From positions 1-64,000 of IMG/VR virus record IMGVR_UViG_3300033069_001940: 64,000 bases of DNA, one strand, 5' to 3'. The stretch comes from a virus (Duplodnaviria > Caudoviricetes). The notes beneath the pieces are model-generated. The model worked only from the letters and a program-made list of their open reading frames with translations. It did no database searches and had not been told where the DNA came from. Of the stretch, positions 1 to 10,757 are shown one piece after another (the stretch's first letter is position 1; every line of letters starts with the position of its first letter). Both the position numbers and the translations under genes were made by a program.

Positions 1-1713
1 CAATATGCTGATGTTAATGTAGATAATTGTAAATTTGTTAATTGCTATGGAACAAGCTTTTTAACTTCTGAGTATCAAGCAATTGATAATTCATTATTAT
101 CTGCTGGAGATTTTACTGATTATATTAAAATAATCGGGTCTAATGTTACAATAAATAATTGTATTTTTAATACTCCATCACAAGAATTTACTTATTCTGG
201 AGAGGATTATGCAGTTGTTGGTCTGTCCGTAATTCCAAGTAATAATTGTATTATAACAAATACTAATTTTATAGACGGAGCTTCACAATGTCAAATTAAA
301 GGTTTAGATAAATTAAATTATAATGGAATGGTTAAAATTGATGGTTGTAATTTTTCTAGTATAACTAGTACCACCCTATTAGATGTAGACTTTGAATTTT
401 CTAGCGCTCCAACATATGAACCAACAATTATTATTCAAAATAATAGATTTGTTCAAGATCATTATGGTGCTAATCAAGTTTTACATTCTTATAATGAAAG
501 ATATCCTGATGGATATTATGAAGGTCAGGCTGCTGTTCAAATTTATGCCCCATATTGTGGTGTTAATTTTAATAATAATTATGTTATTGGGAGATTTGAA
601 GAATGTCAAGCTCCAGCAACAGAATTTCAAAATTATTCAACTGTTTATATTGACAATATTAATACTAGTTATGATATAGTAGACTCTTATACAAAAACTA
701 ATTTATTACAATTTAATAATAATACAGTTAATTTTAATATAGGTAACGGGGGCTGGTCTAATCAGGCTAATTTAGCTTGTTTGATAACCGAAACTAATGG
801 CGCAAGAATTTGTCAAAATGCATTTAATATTTCTAGCGAATATAATTATGGAGTTTGGACTTCATTTGAAGGGTGTTTAATAATAAAAACAGCTAATTTG
901 CCATCAATTATTAGCAATAATACATTTGGTAATCTTAAAGAAGATAACTCTACTTATTGCAATTTAACAGTTGGTTATGCTCAAATTTCTCCAGCTTATG
1001 CAGTTAGTTCCCCAGCAACAGGTATGTTTGTTGATAATATTTTCTTAAAACCTATGTATGAAGATGGATATTATGGATTAGTAACTTCAGTAGGCACTGT
1101 GAAAAGTTTAATCTCAGACGCTAGTTGGACTAGCGCTTTATATAATTGGATTATTGCTAGAAATAAAAATCAACCGGAAGAATATGTTTTAAACATTGCA
1201 AATGGAACATTTTCTATTCATCAATATCATCAAAATAGAATTTTAGCTTCTGGAAGAGGTAATGCAAATGCTGTAACAGATATACATTCAGCAATATATT
1301 CTATTGATAAAAATTCTATAAGATTTAATTTTGATAATGATGATAGCCATTCTAATGCAACTTATTTTGGATGGGATATAGATCTATCTGATATACTTCC
1401 GGTTGGCTCTAGAGTTTTATCAGTAAGTTATGATTATGATATAAGCAACACATCAGCTACTAGTAGAGATCTTACGGTTCAAATATCAGGCAATGTGGAT
1501 ACGCCAGTTCCAACGACATCTCATACAGTAACTAATACTTTTACTTTGAGCAGTTCTTCTGGAACAAAATCTTATAGTAATTTTTCTAATGGATCTTATC
1601 CATATTTTATTTATCCAAGAAATAATTGCATTTTGTCAATTTATGCTGAATTATGTGATAATTCAGATTTTACTGTAGATATTTCAAACGTAACGATTAC
1701 ATTTATTCAATAA
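1..1713 (+). CDS. Tail spike/fibre-like protein with parallel beta-helix repeats (5' truncated by window edge)
   Basis: Frame 1 is open from base 1 into the listed ORF at 328. Asn/Cys-ladder strands (VDNCKF, INNCIF, IDGCNF, IQNNRF, ISNNTF) are typical of right-handed beta-helices. Beta-rich C-terminal domain; lies in the tail region. Confidence 0.6.
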   Translation, partial: QYADVNVDNCKFVNCYGTSFLTSEYQAIDNSLLSAGDFTDYIKIIGSNVTINNCIFNTPSQEFTYSGEDYAVVGLSVIPSNNCIITNTNFIDGASQCQIKGLDKLNYNGMVKIDGCNFSSITSTTLLDVDFEFSSAPTYEPTIIIQNNRFVQDHYGANQVLHSYNERYPDGYYEGQAAVQIYAPYCGVNFNNNYVIGRFEECQAPATEFQNYSTVYIDNINTSYDIVDSYTKTNLLQFNNNTVNFNIGNGGWSNQANLACLITETNGARICQNAFNISSEYNYGVWTSFEGCLIIKTANLPSIISNNTFGNLKEDNSTYCNLTVGYAQISPAYAVSSPATGMFVDNIFLKPMYEDGYYGLVTSVGTVKSLISDASWTSALYNWIIARNKNQPEEYVLNIANGTFSIHQYHQNRILASGRGNANAVTDIHSAIYSIDKNSIRFNFDNDDSHSNATYFGWDIDLSDILPVGSRVLSVSYDYDISNTSATSRDLTVQISGNVDTPVPTTSHTVTNTFTLSSSSGTKSYSNFSNGSYPYFIYPRNNCILSIYAELCDNSDFTVDISNVTITFIQ

Positions 1714-1722
1714 AGGTTATAT

Positions 1723-2127
1723 ATGGATTTCGAAACTATTTTTCAAAACACTTTTGGTAATTGGCAGAGCTTAGTATTAATGATATTTGTTTTTATATTT
1801 ACCGCTTTAATAAGGCGAGTTGTAGAAACATTTTGGAAAAAAGCTAAAAATAATAAAATATGGCGAGAAATAATTCTTCCTTTTGGAACAATTATTAATG
1901 GGGCTTGGATGGCATTTTTAATGACCGTCCCAGAACTTTTTGCTCATAAATTTGTAGATAAAATCATGTGGGGATCAATTTGTGGTTTATGTGCCGGATG
2001 GGCATATGCTCGTATTAAGGCATGGTTTGCAGTAAAAAATTCAAACACCGCTACTAATACCGCTACAACTTCACAAGAAAACCCTCTTGATCAACCTCCC
2101 GCTTCAATCGAAGAAACCCAAAAATAA
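1723..2127 (+). CDS. Small membrane protein, holin-like
   Basis: 134 aa with three hydrophobic segments separated by a basic loop and a hydrophilic C-tail. SD-like AAGG upstream. Confidence 0.5.
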   Translation: MDFETIFQNTFGNWQSLVLMIFVFIFTALIRRVVETFWKKAKNNKIWREIILPFGTIINGAWMAFLMTVPELFAHKFVDKIMWGSICGLCAGWAYARIKAWFAVKNSNTATNTATTSQENPLDQPPASIEETQK

Positions 2128-2139
2128 AATTGGAAAAAT

Positions 2140-5100
2140 ATGACAGTTTACCCTAATGAAATTGATTCAGATGCTGATATTGGTCGCGTAGACGATAATA
2201 TTGTCGAAATTGGCGGCCAAATAATTAACCAGTTACGTGATGCTGTTTTTGCTTTAGAAGCAGAATTAGGAATTGCGCCAAGCGGTTCTGCTGACTCTGT
2301 GGCAGATCGTTTAAATATATCTTTAAATCCAGATGGGACAATTAAAACTTCAGCCCTTGATGGAATTGGATTAGTTTCATTACCAATTACTAATGCTCAG
2401 GTAGGAACAAACGCTAATATATCTGAGTCAAAATTAAATCTAAATCATAGCACATCTGATTTATATACGTTAATTATTGGCGCTAAAAATCTATTAGACC
2501 AGTATGTATTAAAAACACAAGAATTAATTTCAAATTTAACTGCTCATATTGCTGGTTCATCTACATTATTGGACGGAAGCCCAGGAAAACATCTTTTAAG
2601 TCATATTTTAGTTAATCAGAATCCGGTTGACCCCCGCGATTTGAGTTATACATGGGGAGGACTAAAAGATAAGGATGGAAATGCTAGATCGGCAACTCAA
2701 GCTATGCAGGCATTAGACCAAATTAATACAGATTTGGTTAATCATGAGAATTCTACTTCTGAAGCTCATCAAGCCGCAGGTATTGTTGTTAATACTACAG
2801 AATTTATTGAAATTCCAGAAACAGCAACAGACGCACAAAAAGTATTTAATTATTTAGATCAAGCTGAAGTATTAAATATGGGTTTGCATCGTGCAGTAGA
2901 GCATGTTAATTGTATTCCTAGAACCGCTCGCTCACAGCATTTAAATCAGGACGGTTATTCTACTAATATTGTAGAAGAAACGCCTATTGTTACTTATTTA
3001 GTTTATAGCGGCGATGGTCCTAATGATAGTATTTCATCAGGAGACGACGTTATTAGTTTTAATCCGGTACTGCCATACCTATTAGATTCTCAATTTAGCA
3101 GAATTAGAGTAGGAGATATAATTAATGTCAATTATAACAATGGATTAAAGGCATCATTTCCAATAGTTTCTATTAAATATGTTCCTGGTAGCATGTGGTA
3201 TGTCAGGATTAATGGAAATAATCTTTGCGACGGCGCTGGAACAGCTACAATTAATAGGCCTTTGTTTGATGAAAATGTTTTTGGAGTTTTAGCACCAGCT
3301 TATGCCAATCCGGCTCCAACATCTTCTTATAGCAATATACTTCCAAGTTTAATTCTCGGTAATCCAAAAGCCGCGACAGCTTTGGGCATTGGTTTTGATC
3401 CAAATCAATTAGATCAAAATCATTATAAATTATATTTAGAATTTTATCCAACTGGAAATCCTAGTACAAAGAAAATTTCATTACCAGCTATTGACGTTAC
3501 TGGAAATGCCGGCGTAACTCCTGGACTTTATACCTTAGAAAGTGTTGTCAAGAGTATAAATAAAGGTTTTAGAACCATAGGATACAATTATAGATTTATT
3601 GCATTTTCGGCTGAAGGTCAGATTGGAATTATGCTATCTGATGCAATTGATAATGCCAGCTTTGCAATAATTTCTGGTCTAAATAGCGCTGGAACGCTTG
3701 TAACATCTACGTACACAAAAAATGTTATTGGCGGCAATGATATTACTACTGATGATTTTGATGCTTTAGGCTTAGGACCAAATAGAGCGAATATTGCCTC
3801 TGCCGCTTATGATATGACTCAATTTGGTAGCGAAGCTGGCGCGCAGCAAGCTACTAAAATTATCTCACCATTAGCAAAAAGACATTTTATAGTTAATGGA
3901 CGTCGTAGAGATACATTTGGTAATATGTACATGGCAAATGCTGATGGTTATTGGAGTGCAACAATTACTGATCGTATTCCAGTCGGCATTTCTAGCGTTG
4001 AAGTTGAATATACTGTAAATACTGATCTATCTCCGTCTGGATTAAAAGCCGGTAAAACTATTACCGTTCAGCCAACAGTTTCTTTTCAAGACCCACAATA
4101 TAGTGATGTTGATTATGGAAGATTTTTAATTAAAGATGTTGTTTATTCAACGCCTTGTGGCGGAAATGATGGATATACAAAAATAACTGTTATTAACGGT
4201 ATTCATGCTGCTGGTACAGGCTATACCTCATCGGCGGCTGCTGGATTGCCAGTTAAATTATATTTTTCTTATGATTCTGTTGGTTTTGATATTGAGAATC
4301 TAGTTGATCTTTCTCCTACAGCCGATCTTTATAACAGGTATCATGAAATATTTATTAACGATGAAGGTAAAACTTTTTCATATGAAAGAGCTAGAATGCC
4401 TCGTCAATCTCTAAGCGGAACATTGCTTGATACTAATAAATGGCAAATATTATCAGTCTCTCCAAAACTTAGAGGTTATCGTGGACCTGACCCATTAATA
4501 TTTAATAGATATCTTAGAGTAAAAGTTTTAAGTTATGATGCTGACTCTGGAGAATTCACCATTGAAATGGGTCAACCAAATACAATTTCAAGCGCAGTCA
4601 TGCGTCCTGGATTAACTGTCACTGGAAGAAAAAATGTTCCTGTTAGGATTTATGACGAAACAAATATTGATTTTATTGAATTAATTTTTGTTGATAATGA
4701 AAGCCCCGGAACAACAATTACGGCTGACAGGATAGTTGATATAGAAGTATTCCCATCACTTAACTATGATCAAGAATTAATGCTTCTTGCTTCTTGTGAA
4801 GTCTGTTGGCCGGCAATTTCTGGTCAAGAAGTTATTAGAAATCTTAGAGATTTAAGACAATTCGGAAGTGTTGGAGAAATTAACTTCACCCAATCAGCCA
4901 CAGAATTTTTGACAGTGGCCGATCGAGAACTACATCAGAATGGAATAATTAGAGGTTATGAATTCGATTCCGTGAGTGCCGTTAATCCTCTTGAAGCATA
5001 TTTTGATGGTGGTTCAGCTTTAGTTAATGGAAAAGTTGTAGTTAGCAATAATTGTTTTGTATCTATTCCGAATATTAGACAATTTGGTGATTCGTTAGGA

Positions 5101-7299
5101 ACAACTTATAATTGGGCGGTTTGCGTTAACGAGTCTGGAATCTTAGAGCCAATACTTATTACTACTGCAAAAGATGAATTTTTTGCCACAGTAGATGGCG
5201 TTAATAGTTATTATGTTCCATCTACTACATTCGCAGAATTAATAAATACTAGAAGAGATTTGACACCAATCTATATAGCTGCTGCTACTATAGATACAGT
5301 TTCTTCTTTATCATTAAGTGATGTTAGAAAATTTGTACATCAAAAAAGTTCAGATATTAATTTTTCTTGGTCTGATGAATTTAATTCTGCTAGTTTTGCA
5401 AATGCATCATCTATAAAAAATTGGATTAATTTTTATCAAGCGCCACAAAATATTATTAAAGTTAAAGGTTATTTTTCTGGCACATATGACCTTACTGGTT
5501 TTAATTATCCGACTTGTTTTGATGGTGACGGGGCTACATTTGAATCAACAAGCGCAACTGTTATTACAATTGGCAATAATATACATTTAAAAAATATTAA
5601 ATTTATTTATAATCCGTCTTCATCATATACAGCATCCGATAATGTTAATTTTGGAAATGGATGCATTTATGGTAGTGGTTCTCTTGATAATGTTAAGGTA
5701 ACAGATTGTAGTTTTGAATGCAGTTTGTTGACTAGTCAAAGACACCCATTTATAAATCTTGAAATGGCAACAAATCAAATTTTATCCAACGTTATAATTA
5801 ATGGAAATAAATTTAATGACGGATATGCTACAGCTAATCAAAGCGCAATAGCTATTATTAATAATAATGCTGGAGGAAGTTCTAATCCAGCATTATTATT
5901 AAATTGCATCATTTCTAATAATATATGCAATGCTTTTCAAAATATAGTAGTTACTTCACCAGCTAGTTTGGCATCTTATATTTATACTTTCGGTAGGCCA
6001 GGATTATCATGTATTAATGTAAATATAATTAATAATATTTCTGGTTCAATTGGATATGATATTTCATCTGTATTAAATCAAAACAATAGTTATGGCTCTT
6101 GTATAGGTAGTAATTTAGTTATTCAAAATAATTCTGCTAATTTTATAGGCACGCTTACAGCTACAGGTAAAAATGTTGTAGGAAACTTTATTGCGCACCC
6201 ATATGGTACTGGTAATGTTATTATTTCTGGAAATAATTGTAATTGGATTGGCACAATATCTACTGATTATTCTACAAATAATGAAAAATCATCTGTTATT
6301 ATAACAGATAACAATATTTTAGCTTATGATTATACTCATTTAACATCTAATTACGGAGCAAACGCAGTTAATAACAATATTGCAATTGGAGTGGTTTCCA
6401 CATTATCAGATATAGGTAATGCAATAATTAGTAATAATAAAATTGATAGCGGCGTTGTAAATGGAACTTCATATAATTATATGTATGGAATATTAACAAC
6501 ACAAAGTTCATATATAAATAAAAATATTATAAAAGGAGTTGGAATATCTGGAAGTGGAAGAATAATAGTTATTTCGCCATATACTGCCGGTCCTAAATAT
6601 TATACATTTAGTATATGTGAAAATCAGTTATTTAGAGGTTCTGAGGTTATTGATGATTATATTGCTTTGCCGTCATCTTCAACATACAATAATGGAATTA
6701 TAAGTCAAAATATATTTGACAGCACAACTGTGGATGGTGCTTCAAATACTGTTTTGATAACTGGAGCGGCTATATCTGGATGGGGAGTATTTTTAAATAG
6801 GAATTATCAATTTGATAAGATTTATGTTAGCACAAATAGTATTAAATTTCAATCTCCAATAACAGGAACAATGAATGTAACCGCTGATTTAAATACTTCT
6901 GGAGATACTGTGATTGCTGGAACATTAAGATATAATACATATCCACAATATAGGACATATATTTTATCCGGAATTACTGCTAGCTTAACAATTGGTTATG
7001 GTACTTCTTATAATGCTGATGTTTTTGTTTTGCCTCAATCTTCTATTGGCCAAACCATAACCATAAAAGATCCGACTGTAAATTCTGCATTATATAATCA
7101 TAATTATATTAAATTTACCAGAGATACTTCGTTAGCCACTGTTGGTAATATAGTTATAAAAAGAGAAGATGGTTCAACTATAGTAACTGCCGCCAACGGT
7201 ATCGTTCAATATTCTGTTGTATGGGCAGATTTAGCTTTTATTAATGGAAAATGGAGATGTGTGTCTTCTGATGGTTTCTCTGTTGGTGATTCTTGGTAG
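2140..7299 (+). CDS. Large tail fibre/spike protein (1719 aa) with C-terminal beta-helix
   Basis: N-terminal YPxxxD...INQLRDAVFALEAELG helical virion-attachment-type segment. Internal NGIIRG...GSALVNGKV adaptor-like segment. From about aa 1130, repeated IxxNxF/IxNN beta-helix strands. Confidence 0.65.
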   Translation: MTVYPNEIDSDADIGRVDDNIVEIGGQIINQLRDAVFALEAELGIAPSGSADSVADRLNISLNPDGTIKTSALDGIGLVSLPITNAQVGTNANISESKLNLNHSTSDLYTLIIGAKNLLDQYVLKTQELISNLTAHIAGSSTLLDGSPGKHLLSHILVNQNPVDPRDLSYTWGGLKDKDGNARSATQAMQALDQINTDLVNHENSTSEAHQAAGIVVNTTEFIEIPETATDAQKVFNYLDQAEVLNMGLHRAVEHVNCIPRTARSQHLNQDGYSTNIVEETPIVTYLVYSGDGPNDSISSGDDVISFNPVLPYLLDSQFSRIRVGDIINVNYNNGLKASFPIVSIKYVPGSMWYVRINGNNLCDGAGTATINRPLFDENVFGVLAPAYANPAPTSSYSNILPSLILGNPKAATALGIGFDPNQLDQNHYKLYLEFYPTGNPSTKKISLPAIDVTGNAGVTPGLYTLESVVKSINKGFRTIGYNYRFIAFSAEGQIGIMLSDAIDNASFAIISGLNSAGTLVTSTYTKNVIGGNDITTDDFDALGLGPNRANIASAAYDMTQFGSEAGAQQATKIISPLAKRHFIVNGRRRDTFGNMYMANADGYWSATITDRIPVGISSVEVEYTVNTDLSPSGLKAGKTITVQPTVSFQDPQYSDVDYGRFLIKDVVYSTPCGGNDGYTKITVINGIHAAGTGYTSSAAAGLPVKLYFSYDSVGFDIENLVDLSPTADLYNRYHEIFINDEGKTFSYERARMPRQSLSGTLLDTNKWQILSVSPKLRGYRGPDPLIFNRYLRVKVLSYDADSGEFTIEMGQPNTISSAVMRPGLTVTGRKNVPVRIYDETNIDFIELIFVDNESPGTTITADRIVDIEVFPSLNYDQELMLLASCEVCWPAISGQEVIRNLRDLRQFGSVGEINFTQSATEFLTVADRELHQNGIIRGYEFDSVSAVNPLEAYFDGGSALVNGKVVVSNNCFVSIPNIRQFGDSLGTTYNWAVCVNESGILEPILITTAKDEFFATVDGVNSYYVPSTTFAELINTRRDLTPIYIAAATIDTVSSLSLSDVRKFVHQKSSDINFSWSDEFNSASFANASSIKNWINFYQAPQNIIKVKGYFSGTYDLTGFNYPTCFDGDGATFESTSATVITIGNNIHLKNIKFIYNPSSSYTASDNVNFGNGCIYGSGSLDNVKVTDCSFECSLLTSQRHPFINLEMATNQILSNVIINGNKFNDGYATANQSAIAIINNNAGGSSNPALLLNCIISNNICNAFQNIVVTSPASLASYIYTFGRPGLSCINVNIINNISGSIGYDISSVLNQNNSYGSCIGSNLVIQNNSANFIGTLTATGKNVVGNFIAHPYGTGNVIISGNNCNWIGTISTDYSTNNEKSSVIITDNNILAYDYTHLTSNYGANAVNNNIAIGVVSTLSDIGNAIISNNKIDSGVVNGTSYNYMYGILTTQSSYINKNIIKGVGISGSGRIIVISPYTAGPKYYTFSICENQLFRGSEVIDDYIALPSSSTYNNGIISQNIFDSTTVDGASNTVLITGAAISGWGVFLNRNYQFDKIYVSTNSIKFQSPITGTMNVTADLNTSGDTVIAGTLRYNTYPQYRTYILSGITASLTIGYGTSYNADVFVLPQSSIGQTITIKDPTVNSALYNHNYIKFTRDTSLATVGNIVIKREDGSTIVTAANGIVQYSVVWADLAFINGKWRCVSSDGFSVGDSW

Positions 7300-7313
7300 T
7301 ATAAAGGTAAATT

Positions 7314-8111
7314 ATGGGCACTTTAAATACATTTAAAACAGACCTTTATCACCTGCATGGTTATGTGCAAAATACTTTAATTTCACATCCAAAACAGGCG
7401 ATAATTGGCGCTTTGAGAGAGTTTTTCGCCCAAGACAGTTATTACCATTACGTTAGAGATCAGTGGGGCTTTCCAAAAGTTGAAGATCAGACTAATTTAC
7501 CTTCAAACGCTGGAATGGAAGATGATTCAACGACAAGAATTTACATAGGAGAACAATATCGCGATGGTCCTATTTTTTATCCTTCAATTACTGTTAAACA
7601 TGGTGGAGCTAGATCTGTTCCGATTTCAATGAATCGTGAAAGGGATTCTGTTCAATATCAGGCAATTAAATATATAGATGGCTATGGACATGAAAAAGAA
7701 GTTAATACTCCAGCTTATTTTATTAATGCAGGCGCTTGGGAAGGTAATATTATTGTAGATATTACCGCTAGAGCTATTAGATCTAGAGATGAATTAACTG
7801 AGTTAGTTTCTTTACAATTTGTAGATTATCATCATCAACAACTACAAAATGCAGGAATTGCTATCAAATCTACTAATGTTGGCAGCCCATCCGAGTCAGA
7901 AGATAGAAATTCTAAATTATTTAAATGTTCCGTAACATTCGATATTAGAACAGAATGGAGAAGATTAACTCCTGTTGGAAATATTATTGATATGATTAAT
8001 TTTGCGGTTGAGTTTAGAAACATTTCAGATATTAATACATCTCAAGAAACAGCACCCAATTTAAAAATTAATACCTCCATAGATTTAATTAATGCTTTTC
8101 AAAATCTATAG
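7314..8111 (+). CDS. Putative tail completion/terminator (neck) protein
   Basis: 265 aa immediately upstream of the sheath. YPSITV strand, IxVDIxARxxxxRDELxxxV helix and terminal strand pattern resemble tail terminator folds. Mainly a positional call. Confidence 0.45.
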   Translation: MGTLNTFKTDLYHLHGYVQNTLISHPKQAIIGALREFFAQDSYYHYVRDQWGFPKVEDQTNLPSNAGMEDDSTTRIYIGEQYRDGPIFYPSITVKHGGARSVPISMNRERDSVQYQAIKYIDGYGHEKEVNTPAYFINAGAWEGNIIVDITARAIRSRDELTELVSLQFVDYHHQQLQNAGIAIKSTNVGSPSESEDRNSKLFKCSVTFDIRTEWRRLTPVGNIIDMINFAVEFRNISDINTSQETAPNLKINTSIDLINAFQNL

Positions 8112-8216
8112 CAATATTTAGAGATTTTGATATTAAGAGTTTATTTTTAAAAGTAAATTGGTAATATTACCATATCTGATCGAGGTTTTAGAAACCAAAA
8201 GTTTTAGAGGAAAATA

Positions 8217-10661
8217 ATGGCAAATATCAAAGGTGCATCAAATCCGCTTCCAGGCGCTTATTCAGATGTATTTACTCAATCTAAAGGGCTTAGCCTTCCA
8301 GGCGGAACAAGAATTTCAGTTCTCGTTGGAGAGGGTTCGCGCTCAGAACGACTCGTAGTATCAGCTTTGGGCGCTGGTAAAGATGGTTTTAATAAAGAAT
8401 ACACTTCTACCAACGGATCTGACGGTAGGCACTTTCAAGTTGCTTATCCTCCAATGATTTCTAATAGAACGACCGTTTATAAAAACGGATTGCCTTTAGT
8501 TGGTTTAGAGAAGGCTTTTGATTCAAATTCTGGTAGCTTTAGTTCTAAATATGATTATCGCGTAGATATAACTACGGGTCATATTGAATTACAAACAGCT
8601 TCTTTAGTTGATCAAAATGGTTCATATTTTACCGCTAGTTCTGCTAATCAAGGAACAGGTACGATTGCTGGTTTGACATTAGTTGATACTAATGCTCCAA
8701 CAGAAACTTGGACTATTCGTTGTTCAACTACCAGAAAAGATGGCAATGGAGATCCAATAGACGGATATGCTAAATTTATCGCTCAAGGTAGTGTAAGCGG
8801 TATTTTATTAGACGGTTATGGAAATCAAATTACTTGGCAATCAGATGACCAAATTATAAGCAACGGAATAATTAGTTTTGCTTTAAGCGAAGGTCTTGAG
8901 CCTTTCCATGAGGGAGATCGTTTTACGGTTAAAGTTAAGAGCGGAGCTTTATCAAAAGGTGATTCATTAACTGTTTCATATATTTCTGAATCAGATTTAA
9001 ATGATCCAGAATTCTTTACTGATCTGGACCTTCTACATCAAAAACATGGTATGCCGAGCACAACCAATCGTTTAAGTTTAGGTGCTCAGCTTGCGTTTGC
9101 AAGCTCTCCTCCTGGAATTTATGCATGCCAAGCGGCTCCGTCAATTCCACGAAGAGTTTCCTATCCTCTTCAAACATCGGCAACTGGTGGCGCCACATTA
9201 GATGATTTAAGTTTTTATCTACCATTAGGAGTTGTTCCTGATGTAGATTCAAATATTAACTTTTTCATTACAGACCCAGTAACTAAAGTTGAGACACAAA
9301 TTTTACCAAATAAAGTAGATTTTTACGACGCTTCTTATACTAGCTCTCCTGGCGGTTTCTGTTTTGGAGTACATGCGTATTCTTATACAGTAGTTTTGGA
9401 AGATTCTGTTGTTAAACAGGCTGAAGATGGCGTAATAACATCTATTGGACCAAGCTCAGCCACGCTTTCAAGCCAATTAGTTAATTTTGATATTAGCGAT
9501 GAAGGCAAAACACTAGTTATTCCTGCTGGTTATACTAATGCCGGAACTTATACTATTTCAGATGTTACAGACGGAGTAGCCACTATTACTGGCGGTTCTT
9601 TTACTGATGCAACAGATATTGAATTTCACGTTGTTGATGCAGATGCACAAAGCGCTGTTGTTCTTTTAACAGATGATTTAGCTTTAGGCGCTGGTCAATC
9701 TCTTAGAGTTACAGTTGTAGATCAAAAAGATGCTGATTTTTATGATGCTAATTGGCAGAATGCTTTGGAAGCCTTGGAAGCGATTGAATGTGATATCGTA
9801 GTTCCACTTCCATCACAAACTATTAGTTCGATTTTTGGAACAACTGTTGCTCATTGTAATTCAATGAGTTCAATTGAAAATCGTAAAGAAAGAATTCCTT
9901 TTATTGGTGCTATTCAAGGATTAACTCCGGATAATGTTACTGGAGTTAAAGCTGCGGCAGTTGAAGATTTAGGAGTTCTAGAAGGTATTCAGGGAGATTC
10001 AGTTTCAGAGATTTTGGCCGGAAACGTTGAAGACTTAACAAATTATGGCGTTCCAAATTCTTTTGGAAATACATTTAGATGCGTTTATGGTTATCCAGAT
10101 GAAATTGTTGTTCAAGTTGGAGCGGATAGAACTAAAGTTAATGGATTCTTTGCAATGGCTGCTGTAGCTGGATATTGCTCTAGCAATCCAAACATTGAAG
10201 TTCCTCTTACCAATAAGGTAATTCCTGGCTTTACCATTCTTCGTGATAAACTTTATCGTCCTGCTATTCTTAAAAATCTTACTGCGGCCGGTATCTTTGT
10301 TCTTCAACCAGCAGTCGGCGGTGGTAAAGTTGTTTGGTCTAAGACTACAACGCAATCAGGTTATCCAGAAGAAGAAGAATTAAGCATTGTTTTTATTAGA
10401 GATAGAATTGCTAAATCAATTCGTCAAGCAATGGAGGGTTTTGCTGGAAATGCGGAATCTCCAACAACTCAAGGAACTATTATGGCTAGAGCCATGAGTG
10501 CCCTTCAAAGTTTCGTTGGGCAAAACTGGATTACAGCATTTGCTGATCTTCGAGTTTATCGTGACTCAGTAGACCCAAGACAATGGAATATCAGTGTAGC
10601 GGTTCAACCTACATACCCGATAAACTGGATCTATATCCGTATCGGTCTTGGAGTTCTTTAA
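8217..10661 (+). CDS. Contractile tail sheath protein with large inserted domains
   Basis: N-terminal PGAYS motif. Core ALEALEA..DIVVPL..HC..MS...RKER. C-terminal ELSIVFIRDRIAKSIR and WNISVAVQPTYPINWIYI sheath signature. SD GAGG. Confidence 0.93.
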   Translation: MANIKGASNPLPGAYSDVFTQSKGLSLPGGTRISVLVGEGSRSERLVVSALGAGKDGFNKEYTSTNGSDGRHFQVAYPPMISNRTTVYKNGLPLVGLEKAFDSNSGSFSSKYDYRVDITTGHIELQTASLVDQNGSYFTASSANQGTGTIAGLTLVDTNAPTETWTIRCSTTRKDGNGDPIDGYAKFIAQGSVSGILLDGYGNQITWQSDDQIISNGIISFALSEGLEPFHEGDRFTVKVKSGALSKGDSLTVSYISESDLNDPEFFTDLDLLHQKHGMPSTTNRLSLGAQLAFASSPPGIYACQAAPSIPRRVSYPLQTSATGGATLDDLSFYLPLGVVPDVDSNINFFITDPVTKVETQILPNKVDFYDASYTSSPGGFCFGVHAYSYTVVLEDSVVKQAEDGVITSIGPSSATLSSQLVNFDISDEGKTLVIPAGYTNAGTYTISDVTDGVATITGGSFTDATDIEFHVVDADAQSAVVLLTDDLALGAGQSLRVTVVDQKDADFYDANWQNALEALEAIECDIVVPLPSQTISSIFGTTVAHCNSMSSIENRKERIPFIGAIQGLTPDNVTGVKAAAVEDLGVLEGIQGDSVSEILAGNVEDLTNYGVPNSFGNTFRCVYGYPDEIVVQVGADRTKVNGFFAMAAVAGYCSSNPNIEVPLTNKVIPGFTILRDKLYRPAILKNLTAAGIFVLQPAVGGGKVVWSKTTTQSGYPEEEELSIVFIRDRIAKSIRQAMEGFAGNAESPTTQGTIMARAMSALQSFVGQNWITAFADLRVYRDSVDPRQWNISVAVQPTYPINWIYIRIGLGVL

Positions 10662-10665
10662 TTCT

Positions 10666-10695
10666 AATTGGGGGATTTTATCCCCCAATTTCTTT
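10666..10695 (+). terminator. Hairpin between sheath and tube (terminator/attenuator-like)
   Basis: Perfect 11-bp inverted repeat AATTGGGGGAT-TTT-ATCCCCCAATT followed by TCTTT. Confidence 0.55.
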
Positions 10696-10757
10696 CAATA
10701 TAATAATATCTATTTAGATTAATCAAATTTTCCTACCTCTAAATTTGGAGTAAAATC

